This document shows, one piece after another, positions 38,901-46,723 of a DNA stretch of 64,000 nt; positions within the stretch are counted from its first letter, which is position 1, and each line of letters begins with the position of its first letter. The position numbers and the translations under genes were made by a program. A model generated the notes under the pieces. It did not search any database. It worked only from the letters and a program-made list of their open reading frames with translations, and was not told the origin of the DNA. This DNA is from Mytilus trossulus. Lineage: Eukaryota. Where the stretch lies: positions 34,658,001 through 34,722,000 of the forward strand of contig NC_086380.1 in the NCBI RefSeq assembly GCF_036588685.1, read 5' to 3'.

Positions 38901-41277
38901 ACTAAAAACAATATACAAATTACATAATACCACTTAGAAATCTAAAGACTGAGCAAAACGAATAACCCGTTCCAAAAACCGGACAAGTACTATAAGGGTA
39001 TGCATAACCTGTTCCACGTGTGGGGGATTCGATTTGATTGATTTTAATTTAAAACCTGTTTTTTTTTAATCTTTTATACATCTTTAATTGTAAACCAAAA
39101 TCCAAATGTAAAACAATGTAACCACCATGTGAAAATACAATGTTAAAATATGTTACACTAACCATTGAGAAATTTTTTTCCCCATAATATCTTCAATATT
39201 TTGAAAAAAAGAGAGAAAGTAATATGTTGTGCGTTTATTCTTACATTTTTTTTTCACAATATAGGGAATAAAAATATATAGGATCATAAAAACAAATTCA
39301 GTGGATATTTTGATTTAGCATGAATAACCAATCATAACTATTTCTAGGATCCTGTGTTGCTGGTGTAATTGGTGTTAAGATGCCTCGTTATTGTCTCTTT
39401 GGAGACACTGTAAATACGGCTGCAAGGATGGAAAGTTCAGGAGAAGGTATGGCTTTTTGGTATCATTTTGTTTCAATTTTTTTCTGAATTTTACAATAGG
39501 AATAAGCTATCAGGAATTCAAGCTGTCTTAAAAAGTTCTTGCGTACATCTTTGTATCGGAAGATTTGAAAAACAACTTTGTTTTCAACAAGTATAATGGT
39601 ACCAATTGAGTATGTTTTAGTTTGTTTGGTTTTTTTTGTTTTTTTTATTTCAATACAAACTAAAAAAAAACATCTACCGATTAATTCATTTTTACGAAAC
39701 AGATGTTTTCAAAAGAAATTGGTTTGTAAATATCAAGTTAATCAAGCAAATATCAAATATGTTCGAGTACAAATCAGTGAAAACAGATAACCATGATTGT
39801 ATTATTTCCTCTGCTCAAATTGAAAACTGAATATTGTTATCAATTTTAGCTTCAAAGATACAGATAAGTGGAGCAACAGCTGCCCTATTAAAAACTGACC
39901 CATTATATACAGTATTACCTAGAGGAGAAATTCTTGTAAAGGTAATGTTTCCAGTCTAATGTTAAGCCTTAATGATATGTTTTATCTTTATTGTGTGCTT
40001 ATCGTTTTTAGCCTTTTGCTTGTTTAAAAAATGTTTAGCGTTGCGAAGCCAATGTCTACTTTACAAATCTCAGCAGTGGAATTACTTCTGTTTGTTTCAT
40101 GTTTAATGTTTACATAATATCTCCGTTATATACGTTACGCTCGTGCATGTTCACACTTTACGGACTCCATTGACAGGGGTAAGCGACTTAAACAAAATCT
40201 AATCCAACAGAGTTACAAAGATGTACGACTCAAATTTACAGCACACAAGTTTAACATTATCACAAACTAGTTCACCGATACCATGCGTTGATTTCTCAAC
40301 TCACTAGCAACATATTTTCGCGGTGTTATACCATTAGGTATTAACATTGTTGTCTGATCTGTTATCTTACCGATAGTATCAGATTCGCGAGTGCGAATTG
40401 TGCAGAGTGTAGATTCACAAAATGACAAAAAAAGGAAATTTACTCTTTAAAGAGGAGTTCACACAAATTAAACTTCAGATAGACGTAAATATTTAAACAT
40501 TTTGAGAAAATACCCCAAATCAATTTCTTTTCGCTTCATCAAAACTGTAAAAACATACTGCAAATTCAGAAAGTAGTGAGTGCATTTATTATTGCGATTT
40601 TTTAACAATAGACGAAACTGGGATATTAGCTAGTGTAATTTCCGGAAAATCTGCTTATAGATATATAAGTTTCAGATACCAAAATGCGAGCTCTTATTAT
40701 TGCAATTCTCGAAGAATTCCATAAAAAAAACTCTTCATAAATTTTGAGTTATTGGTATATTTGGCCGAAAACAAAAACTTTTAATACATGTCATTTTATA
40801 TGAATACAAAGAACAATACAAATGATATAGGTTCAAATAGGAAACAATGTTCTGTTCTGTTCTCTGTTGAATATAGGATATAGAATATTCATTCTAACGC
40901 AGACTCTTCTGTTTCTCCTTTTTTAGTTTCTCTGTTTGCATCTTATTAATTTATAAAATTCCTTTAAAAGGCATGTTGGTTTTCCCGTTTGAATGGTTTT
41001 ACACTAGTAATTTTGGAACCTTTATGGCTTGTTGTACGGTGTGAGCGAAGGCTCCGTGTTGAAGGCCGTACTTTGACCTATAATGGTTTACCTTTTTTAA
41101 ATTGTTATTTGGATGGAGAGTTGTCTTATTGGCACTCACACCACATCTTCCTTAATCTATGTTATTTTAAAACTGAGTTACTGTAGCAAACATCCTTGAA
41201 ATGATTAGTTATGTCTTGTTTTATAGGGTAAAGGAATCATGATGACTTATTGGTTGGAATGGGAAACTAATATCTGA
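5854..41277 (+). CDS. Receptor (membrane) guanylyl cyclase, atrial natriuretic peptide receptor-like; whole-gene span, 24 coding exons, 5'-incomplete
   Basis: Hand-spliced GT-AG exons join in phase to about 975 aa. Motifs: ectodomain [17 protein letters not shown] and [17 protein letters not shown] helix, [90 protein letters not shown]-stop. Confidence 0.96.
6935..7480. repeat. Dispersed repeat with tandem unit of about 354 bp (other copies near 12092-12420, 23293-23490, 25725-25858, 31520-31910, 38605-38710, 42910-43074, 45455-45537, 46640-47310, 48670-49076)
   Basis: Recurrent CTCAATGCTCTTCAACTT..GACGAAACGCGCGTCTGGCG..CCTGGTACCTTTGATAACTAT; period 354 here (6994 vs 7348). Confidence 0.88.
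7831..7994 (+). CDS. Guanylyl cyclase exon b (ectodomain)
   Basis: TTACAG|GT AGA ACG..; [55 protein letters not shown]|GTACAT. Confidence 0.93.
11526..11778 (+). CDS. Guanylyl cyclase exon c (ectodomain)
   Basis: TATAG|[30 protein letters not shown], donor A|GTAGGT (phase 1). Confidence 0.93.
14594..14739 (+). CDS. Guanylyl cyclase exon d (ectodomain; absent from ORF track)
   Basis: TTTAAAG|[49 protein letters not shown]|GTAAGC; phases 1/0 fit both neighbours. Confidence 0.93.
15691..15984 (+). mobile_element. Hairpin-bearing dispersed repeat; second copy at about 32786-33004
   Basis: Inverted pair CTGTAATATTTT..TGGTGCACAC / GTGTGCACCA..AAAATATTACAG; both copies share TGATGACGTCACG..CCAAAATTAAATTAT. 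Confidence 0.75.
15990..16145 (+). CDS. Guanylyl cyclase exon e (ectodomain)
   Basis: TTTCAG|[52 protein letters not shown]|GTAAGT. Confidence 0.92.
16194..17078. mobile_element. Degenerate TIR element with sub-terminal ATGGTC/GACCAT repeats
   Basis: GTTCCAGACCAT..ATGGTACGGAAC ends; repeated TATGGTC motifs near both ends. Confidence 0.55.
16466..16590. repeat. 25-bp tandem repeat, 5 copies
   Basis: ATCTTACAATAACAATAGATAATAC at 16466, 16491, 16516, 16541, 16566. Confidence 0.9.
17676..18815 (-). mobile_element. Older opposite-strand relative of the 60206-61297 element
   Basis: TAGTTCACCTGACCTG.. start, TCTCTGAAACTACTGGCCAAATTAAAC, and AGGTGAGCGATACAAGCTC..ACTAGT end match its reverse complement. 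Confidence 0.6.
18866..19001 (+). CDS. Guanylyl cyclase exon f (ectodomain)
   Basis: AACAG|[45 protein letters not shown], donor A|GTAAGT. Confidence 0.93.
19800..20100 (+). repeat. Dispersed family (others near 2915-3040, 9105-9245, 31050-31280; reverse near 27900-28395, 32550-32625)
   Basis: AAAATCACAAAAATACTGAAC..AACTGTCATATTCCTGACTTGGTACAGGC. Confidence 0.75.
20146..20240 (+). CDS. Guanylyl cyclase exon g (ectodomain)
   Basis: TTACAG|[32 protein letters not shown]|GTAGGT. Confidence 0.92.
21029..21158 (+). CDS. Guanylyl cyclase exon h (juxtamembrane Cys pair)
   Basis: CACAAG|[43 protein letters not shown], donor G|GTACTT. Confidence 0.92.
22062..22164 (+). CDS. Guanylyl cyclase exon i (transmembrane helix)
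   Basis: TTTTTTCAG|[35 protein letters not shown], donor AG|GTAAGA. Confidence 0.9.
23522..23612 (+). CDS. Guanylyl cyclase exon j (intracellular juxtamembrane)
   Basis: TTATAG|[31 protein letters not shown]|GTAAGT; contains the WRI motif typical of this family. Confidence 0.88.
23687..23760. repeat. Imperfect (GATT)n microsatellite
   Basis: ATTGATTGATTGATTGATTG runs. Confidence 0.7.
24213..24281 (+). CDS. Guanylyl cyclase exon k
   Basis: TTGTAG|[23 protein letters not shown]|GTAACT; phase 0/0. Confidence 0.82.
26742..26816 (+). CDS. Guanylyl cyclase exon l (start of kinase-homology domain)
   Basis: TTTTTTAG|[25 protein letters not shown]|GTATTA. Confidence 0.85.
27492..27596 (+). CDS. 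Guanylyl cyclase exon m (KHD)
   Basis: AACAG|[35 protein letters not shown]|GTTTGT. Confidence 0.93.
28722..28916. mobile_element. Tc1/mariner-like MITE
   Basis: TA-CTGTGGATTCAT..ATGAATCCACAG-TA, with repeated CCACGAAA motifs. Confidence 0.75.
29028..29099 (+). CDS. Guanylyl cyclase exon n (KHD)
   Basis: TTTCAG|[24 protein letters not shown]|GTAAAT. Confidence 0.94.
29630..29774 (+). CDS. Guanylyl cyclase exon o (KHD, pseudo-catalytic loop)
   Basis: TTTTACAG|[48 protein letters not shown], donor G|GTAAAC. Confidence 0.95.
30876..31034 (+). CDS. Guanylyl cyclase exon p (KHD)
   Basis: TTTTAG|[43 protein letters not shown], donor G|GTAATA. Confidence 0.94.
33096..33270 (+). CDS. Guanylyl cyclase exon q (end of KHD)
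   Basis: TTGCAG|[42 protein letters not shown], donor AA|GTAAGT. Confidence 0.94.
33618..33764 (+). CDS. Guanylyl cyclase exon r (dimerisation coiled coil)
   Basis: TTTGAG|[49 protein letters not shown], donor CA|GTAAGT. Confidence 0.92.
34557..34680 (+). CDS. Guanylyl cyclase exon s (start of catalytic domain)
   Basis: TGATAG|[42 protein letters not shown]|GTATGT. Confidence 0.95.
34664..36053 (+). repeat. 29-bp minisatellite (about 39 units) derived from the exon s / intron junction, interrupted at about 35356-35590
   Basis: Unit ATCGCCAATGCAG|GTATGTGAAATATATT; junctions at 34680, 34709, 34738, 34767, 34796 show an exact 29-nt period. Confidence 0.93.
35356..35592. mobile_element. Non-autonomous insertion inside the minisatellite
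   Basis: Unrelated segment of about 235 bp with TATAAT at one end, a TGACGTCA site and a terminal inverted pair AGGGTTATTGCA..TGCAATAACCCT; the array resumes after it. Confidence 0.65.
36515..36722. repeat. Degenerate tandem repeat, unit about 20 bp
   Basis: Variants of CCAAAAGTTACTATTTTGTA. Confidence 0.8.
37265..37333 (+). CDS. Guanylyl cyclase exon t (catalytic domain)
   Basis: TTGCAG|[23 protein letters not shown]|GTAATT. Confidence 0.95.
38069..38240 (+). CDS. Guanylyl cyclase exon u (catalytic domain)
   Basis: TTTTAG|[32 protein letters not shown], donor G|GTAGAC. Confidence 0.96.
39348..39446 (+). CDS. Guanylyl cyclase exon v (catalytic domain signature)
   Basis: TTTCTAG|[33 protein letters not shown], donor G|GTATGG. 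Confidence 0.97.
39850..39941 (+). CDS. Guanylyl cyclase exon w (catalytic domain)
   Basis: TTTTAG|[31 protein letters not shown]|GTAATG. Confidence 0.95.
40108..40320 (+). mobile_element. Degenerate Penelope-like retroelement RT C-terminal fragment
   Basis: Frameshifted VYIISPL / [41 protein letters not shown] resembles the [22 protein letters not shown] segment of invertebrate Penelope-like RTs (recognised from memory). Confidence 0.6.
41227..41277 (+). CDS. Guanylyl cyclase terminal exon x
   Basis: TTATAG|[19 protein letters not shown] (41275-41277). Confidence 0.95.
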   Translation, partial: GKGIMMTYWLEWETNI

Positions 41278-41471
41278 AGTACTATAAGAGACTATCTAAT
41301 GATTTCTACGTATCACGCCAATGGCATGGAGCGATCGATGACAACAAAGTTATCATGTTTCCTTGAAGTAACTACATGTAGTAATATAATGAAAACTGTC
41401 AACAAATTGCTGTAGTGCATGAATTTCGAACATTTAAAACAATGTCAAAGCAAAATCATATAATATGCCAT

Positions 41472-41477
41472 AATAAA
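41472..41477 (+). terminator. Candidate polyadenylation signal of the cyclase gene
   Basis: AATAAA about 195 nt after the stop codon; the background is AT-rich, so it may be chance. Confidence 0.35.
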
Positions 41478-43117
41478 TAAGTACCATGCAACACCAGAGG
41501 TGCATAAATTTACAAATAATCAAATGTCTCGTTACACACAAATAGAACCTGTGGGAAGTTCACTTAACAACTTATTTAAAACAACCCGTTTAATATATAA
41601 ACCGTATTCTTCCTTTTGTTCTTTTACAACTGAATGACATCAAAATTGCAACTTATAACTTGATTAGTTTGTTATTCATAAAAATATTGGTATATATATT
41701 TAAAATATTGTAAAAACAAGTCACGTTTTAGATATAATCTGCGTAAAAAAAGAACAACCTTCTACAAATCTCAGTGAAGTGAAGCACTGAGATGAATCGA
41801 GAACTAGAATATTTCTTATGAAATAAAACGAAGCAGTTAGGGATTTGTTGAGCAATGATTGTGTACACGGTAACAGTATACGTGTTAAAGAAACACCTAC
41901 ACACACATCTGCTGAAAAAAAATAAAGAAATTAAAAGACCGCAAAGATGGTAAAGATGATTGGGTATGTTGAGTATGTTACTATTGTCAAAAGTAGGATG
42001 AGTGAAGCTTCAATACCTTAAGTTTTTACTTTGACCCTTGACAAAAATTAAAAAAAATAAAAAAAAAATAGATAAAATACACTAGTTATATAGCAGTATG
42101 ACGAATACTTATTTTAATCATTGAGACGCTTAATATTCCCTTAACAACACAACGTAATCAAAACATTTAGCTGATTTTACAGAGTTATCTCCCTGTAGTA
42201 TTATGTACCACCTTAATGACACGTACAGTTAATTTTCTTGGTACCATCGTGACCTTGATTGCATTTCTACTGATTTATCTCTGTTTGTTATCAGCAACGT
42301 TGATTCGTATTTATTCCAATCTTTCAACAATAAAAAAAAAACCTTCCACTGAATGATGACTCTAAAAAAAGTAAGAGGGCTTATGTGTATGACATTATGA
42401 CAATTCACGTATATAATGTTAATGGGTACCCATATACTCTCGTATGTGGGTTTGCCTCAACAGCCAATGCAATAGCGTCATATGTGAATATTTATTAAAT
42501 TGAAAATGTTTTTAATTGTTATAATTTGTTATATTTGTTAAGATGTTTGCTCAAACTGTACGAAACAAAATATTGTCAAATTGTTTTGATAATAGTACAT
42601 ATTTTCTGTTATTTGTGTCGTTTGTTATATGTTTTATGTAACTTTGTTAAATGACGAAAATAAAATTTAATCATCAGGATATTGTTTATTTGATTATTAA
42701 TCCATTACATGACAAGTTTTTCTTCTATATTTAAGTTCATTGGACAGACATTCTGAATGTATTCAAGGAGAGTACAAAACACAGTTAAAATGTCCGAGTT
42801 TGTTTTTTCATGAACAGATTGGAACATGGGTTTAAAACTTTCCCCGTCGTGTTACTATTTCGATATCTCGTTTGTTTTTGCCTTTGTCATTTATTCAGAT
42901 AGTTTGTAAAATAGTTATCAAAGGTACCAGGATTATAATTTAGTACGCCAGACGCGCGTTTCGTCTACATAAGACTCGTCAGTGACGTTCATATCAAAAT
43001 ATTTATAAAGCCAATCAAGTACAAAGTTGAAGAGCATTGAGGATCCAAAATTCCAAAACGTTTGGCCAAATACGAAGGACGTAATTACAATACCACCATG
43101 AATGGCATGCTTCCTAA

Positions 43118-43780
43118 GGTAGCAATACACAGTTAGGAGTTTAGTTTCGCATTATGGCCCCTGTGGATTTTTTAAATAGGAAAGTTATTGTGTAATAAAA
43201 TTCTTTTTTAGACAGATGAGTGCTAATTTAGCCTTCAAAGGTGGTTTATAAGAGCATCAAGATTATTTTTTACATGTTTTACGGGCTGTTTTCTGTTTGA
43301 CAGTCCGTATTTTCATAGCTAGACCGGCCATCGGTCCAGAAATTAATGTACTGTTTACCAACATTTTTTTTCTACACGAAGTTTTTGACGCAATTTTACA
43401 AAAAAATGAGACGAAAGACATATGATTTTCATTGGATTTGCTGAATGATATATGTACACAGTTTCAGAAAAGGTATGACTTCAAGCGATTGAAATTCTAC
43501 TTTTAGCCAAATTTTGGGGAATTATATGACATCTTTCCCCCCCTTTTTGCATTATTTTATAACAAATAAATGCAGATTGTTGCCATGGATACACCAAAAA
43601 GAAATTATATTTTACCATTTTATATACTGGAAATAAAATCTATGGAAGATTCTGATTACATACATATGCCCATATATGACACAAACAGTAAGCTTGACAT
43701 TGCAAGAAAGCAATGAAAAGGGAATGGTAAAATTCATAAGGCCAAATTTTAGTATTTTTCCCTAACTGTTTATTGCTACC
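43118..43780 (+). mobile_element. 663-bp TIR element, copy 1
   Basis: GGTAGCAATACACAGTTAGG..CCTAACTGTTTATTGCTACC; flanks TAA/TTA. Confidence 0.85.
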
Positions 43781-44523
43781 TTATGGCATACTTACCAAGC
43801 TCAGAATTGTATAATTTAAGACTTTTCATGCCACAAATCTATTGATATTTAGATTTAAAATCAACTTCTGAGTAAATTAAGTGTTTAACAGTGACAATAT
43901 GTGTCAGTTTTATTGTTTACAGTCCTTAGCAACCAAAATTAGTCATTTTGACACTAGGCTTATATTTGTACTCTTTCGGCTTAACTCTTGCTTCTGATAG
44001 ATTGAGCTGCATGAAGTAGCCCAAGTATTGAACGCGTTGGTTTTTTTCTTGCGAATATATCAAATTATTGTTTTTATCAAGATTTCATGTTACATTTTGG
44101 CATATATTAAATGTATAGTTAAATCAGATGTAAGAAATTGATTCCCTATCACCAAAGTTTTTAATCAAGTCTTTGGTATGCAATAAGCATTTAGATTAAC
44201 ATTTTTATGCTTAAAATTGCTAAATTTGTACAAAGTTGCGTCATCAGAGATCTTATTATGATATTCAACATTAAAAAACTGACAAAAGAGGTACAGTTTT
44301 TAAGATTTGGCTAAAAATTGAGGTAGAGACAAGATTTCACACTTTGACTTGGCACCTTTCTTAAAATCAGTTTTTGTCGCGTTTCAGTGTCAACTGCTAA
44401 CCTTCATAAAATATTCATTACTCAACCAATTTTCAAAAATAAAAGGCCATTTTACTCGTTTTAGCTAGCAGAACTCAGATAATAAGTTAAAAGGGAGAAT
44501 TTGAAAAAAATATTTACTATTAA

Positions 44524-45186
44524 GGTAGCAATACACAGTTAGGAGTTTAGTTTCGCATTATGGCCCCTGTGGATTTTTTAAATAGGAAAGTTATTGTGTA
44601 ATAAAATTCTTTTTTAGACAGATGAGTGCTAATTTAGCCTTCAAAGGTGGTTTATAAGAGCATCAAGATTATTTTTTACATGTTTTACGGGCTGTTTTCT
44701 GTTTGACAGTCCGTATTTTCATAGCTAGACCGGCCATCGGTCCAGAAATTAATGTACTGTTTACCAACATTTTTTTTCTACACGAAGTTTTTGACGCAAT
44801 TTTACAAAAAAATGAGACGAAAGACATATGATTTTCATTGGATTTGCTGAATGATATATGTACACAGTTTCAGAAAAGGTATGACTTCAAGCGATTGAAA
44901 TTCTACTTTTAGCCAAATTTTGGGGAATTATATGACATCTTTCCCCCCCTTTTTGCATTATTTTATAACAAATAAATGCAGATTGTTGCCATGGATACAC
45001 CAAAAAGAAATTATATTTTACCATTTTATATACTGGAAATAAAATCTATGGAAGATTCTGATTACATACATATGCCCATATATGACACAAACAGTAAGCT
45101 TGACATTGCAAGAAAGCAATGAAAAGGGAATGGTAAAATTCATAAGGCCAAATTTTAGTATTTTTCCCTAACTGTTTATTGCTACC
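44524..45186 (+). mobile_element. 663-bp TIR element, copy 2 (direct repeat of copy 1)
   Basis: Same sequence at a constant offset of 1406; flanks TAA/TAA. Confidence 0.85.
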
Positions 45187-46320
45187 TAAGCACTGTTATG
45201 GATAAAACTATATCCGGATAGCTCGAACCCAATTATTTGAAAGTAAGGAAACATACATGCGCTGATACTTGAGCAGTTTTCTGTCATGTTTATATCATTC
45301 TTACCATTGGAAGAGTCTTTGCAAGGGAAATGGATTGTCCATTCTAATGAATCTAAAGCTGACAGAAAAACTTAATCTGTCCGTACAAACAATTATCGAC
45401 ACCGACTATTGACACTTTCCGTTTACATGTGAAATGGAGAATTTTTATGAAAGATATGCTCTTCAACTTGATACTTTAATTGGCCTTTTTTACATTTTTT
45501 TATTCAAGCGTCACTGATGAGTCTTCTGTAGACGAAAATTTTAAAACTGTTTCAAGCTTATTCCTGCTAAAAAAAAAGTGAACTAATCTAAATTGTTTAT
45601 TTATTACAGATGATTATAAATTGAAAATTTATCAAGTAAATTAAAGGCCTTACTTGAATACCTTTTATATATTCATATTTATATTAATATTTCAATTTTT
45701 AAGATATTGTTAATCCATTAATCATTTATCTTTCAGTTTGTTTTAGATTTTTAAATTTGACTGTCCCTTTGGTATCGATCTTTCGTCCCTCTTTTACAGA
45801 ATCACTTATGTAATGTAGATCAAAAGTAATTGGAAATAAATAAATCTATCATCCTTATAAATATCAAACATCTAATATACACATTTGTGTATTCAATTAT
45901 GAGGTCAAATACTTGTGTATTAAGAATTATAGATATATATTGAGTGGTCTGTATAATTATGTAAGACTGAGGTTGATAGGTAATTTGGTCAATTTGATTG
46001 GCAGTGTAGGAGGTGGGGCATTGTAATTAAAGGTCCACCTTGCCTCTGATTGTTAAGTGATAATGAAAATTGTCAATCGTACTAGTATTGAATCAATGTC
46101 TTTAAAAAAGCCTGCACATCAACACACCTTAACGACATACATTCTTGAATGAACCGCTCCAATAATATACCCATTTTTTCAGTTTATATGTGTATTATGT
46201 GACCATAGGGAACTATATTTCAGTGTGATAACATTTACTAACAGTAGCTAACCTGTCATGTTGTTAGGGAGGCCGGTGCCTAAGTAAAGATTTAGAACAA
46301 GTTATAATCTTTCCAAAAAC

Positions 46321-46510
46321 AGAGGGACGAAAGATACCAGAGGGACAGTCAAACTCCTAAATCGAAAATAAACTGACAACGCCATGGCTAAATATGAAAA
46401 AGACAAACAGACAAACAATAGTAAACATGACACAACATAGAAAACTAAATAAAGAATAAGCAACACAAACCCCACCAAAACTAGGGGTGACCTCGGGTGC
46501 TCTGGAAAGG
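46321..46510 (+). repeat. Dispersed family (others near 14935-15130, 24295-24470 reverse, 30045-30210, 31940-32100, 38419-38586, 38824-38991)
   Basis: AGAGGGACGAAAGATACCAGAGGGACAGTCAAACTC..CAACATAGAAAACTAAA. Confidence 0.7.
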
Positions 46511-46679
46511 TTATAATTCCAAAGTTGTGTAAGCATGTAAATGTTGTTTTCGTTTAGTATTGGAAGATTCAAATATAATAATAGGCCAAGGAAGATAATT
46601 CGATTTTTAAATGCAATTTTTACAATGACAAAATTGATATCTTAGTTATCTTTGATATGTTCATACTAATAAATCAACT

Positions 46680-46723
46680 CAGGGACTTTCTATACTTGCA
46701 TAGACTAGTATAGAAAGTCCCTG
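46680..46723. mobile_element. 44-bp hairpin element with 7-bp TSD
   Basis: 17-bp perfect TIR CAGGGACTTTCTATACT, 10-nt loop; ATCAACT at 46673-46679 and 46724-46730. Confidence 0.85.

Noticed and set aside
43118-45186. Direct repeats as retrotransposon LTRs
   Set aside because: There are no TG..CA ends, no visible PBS/PPT and no 4-6 bp TSD, and each copy has its own TIRs. Kept as a DNA-element finding instead.
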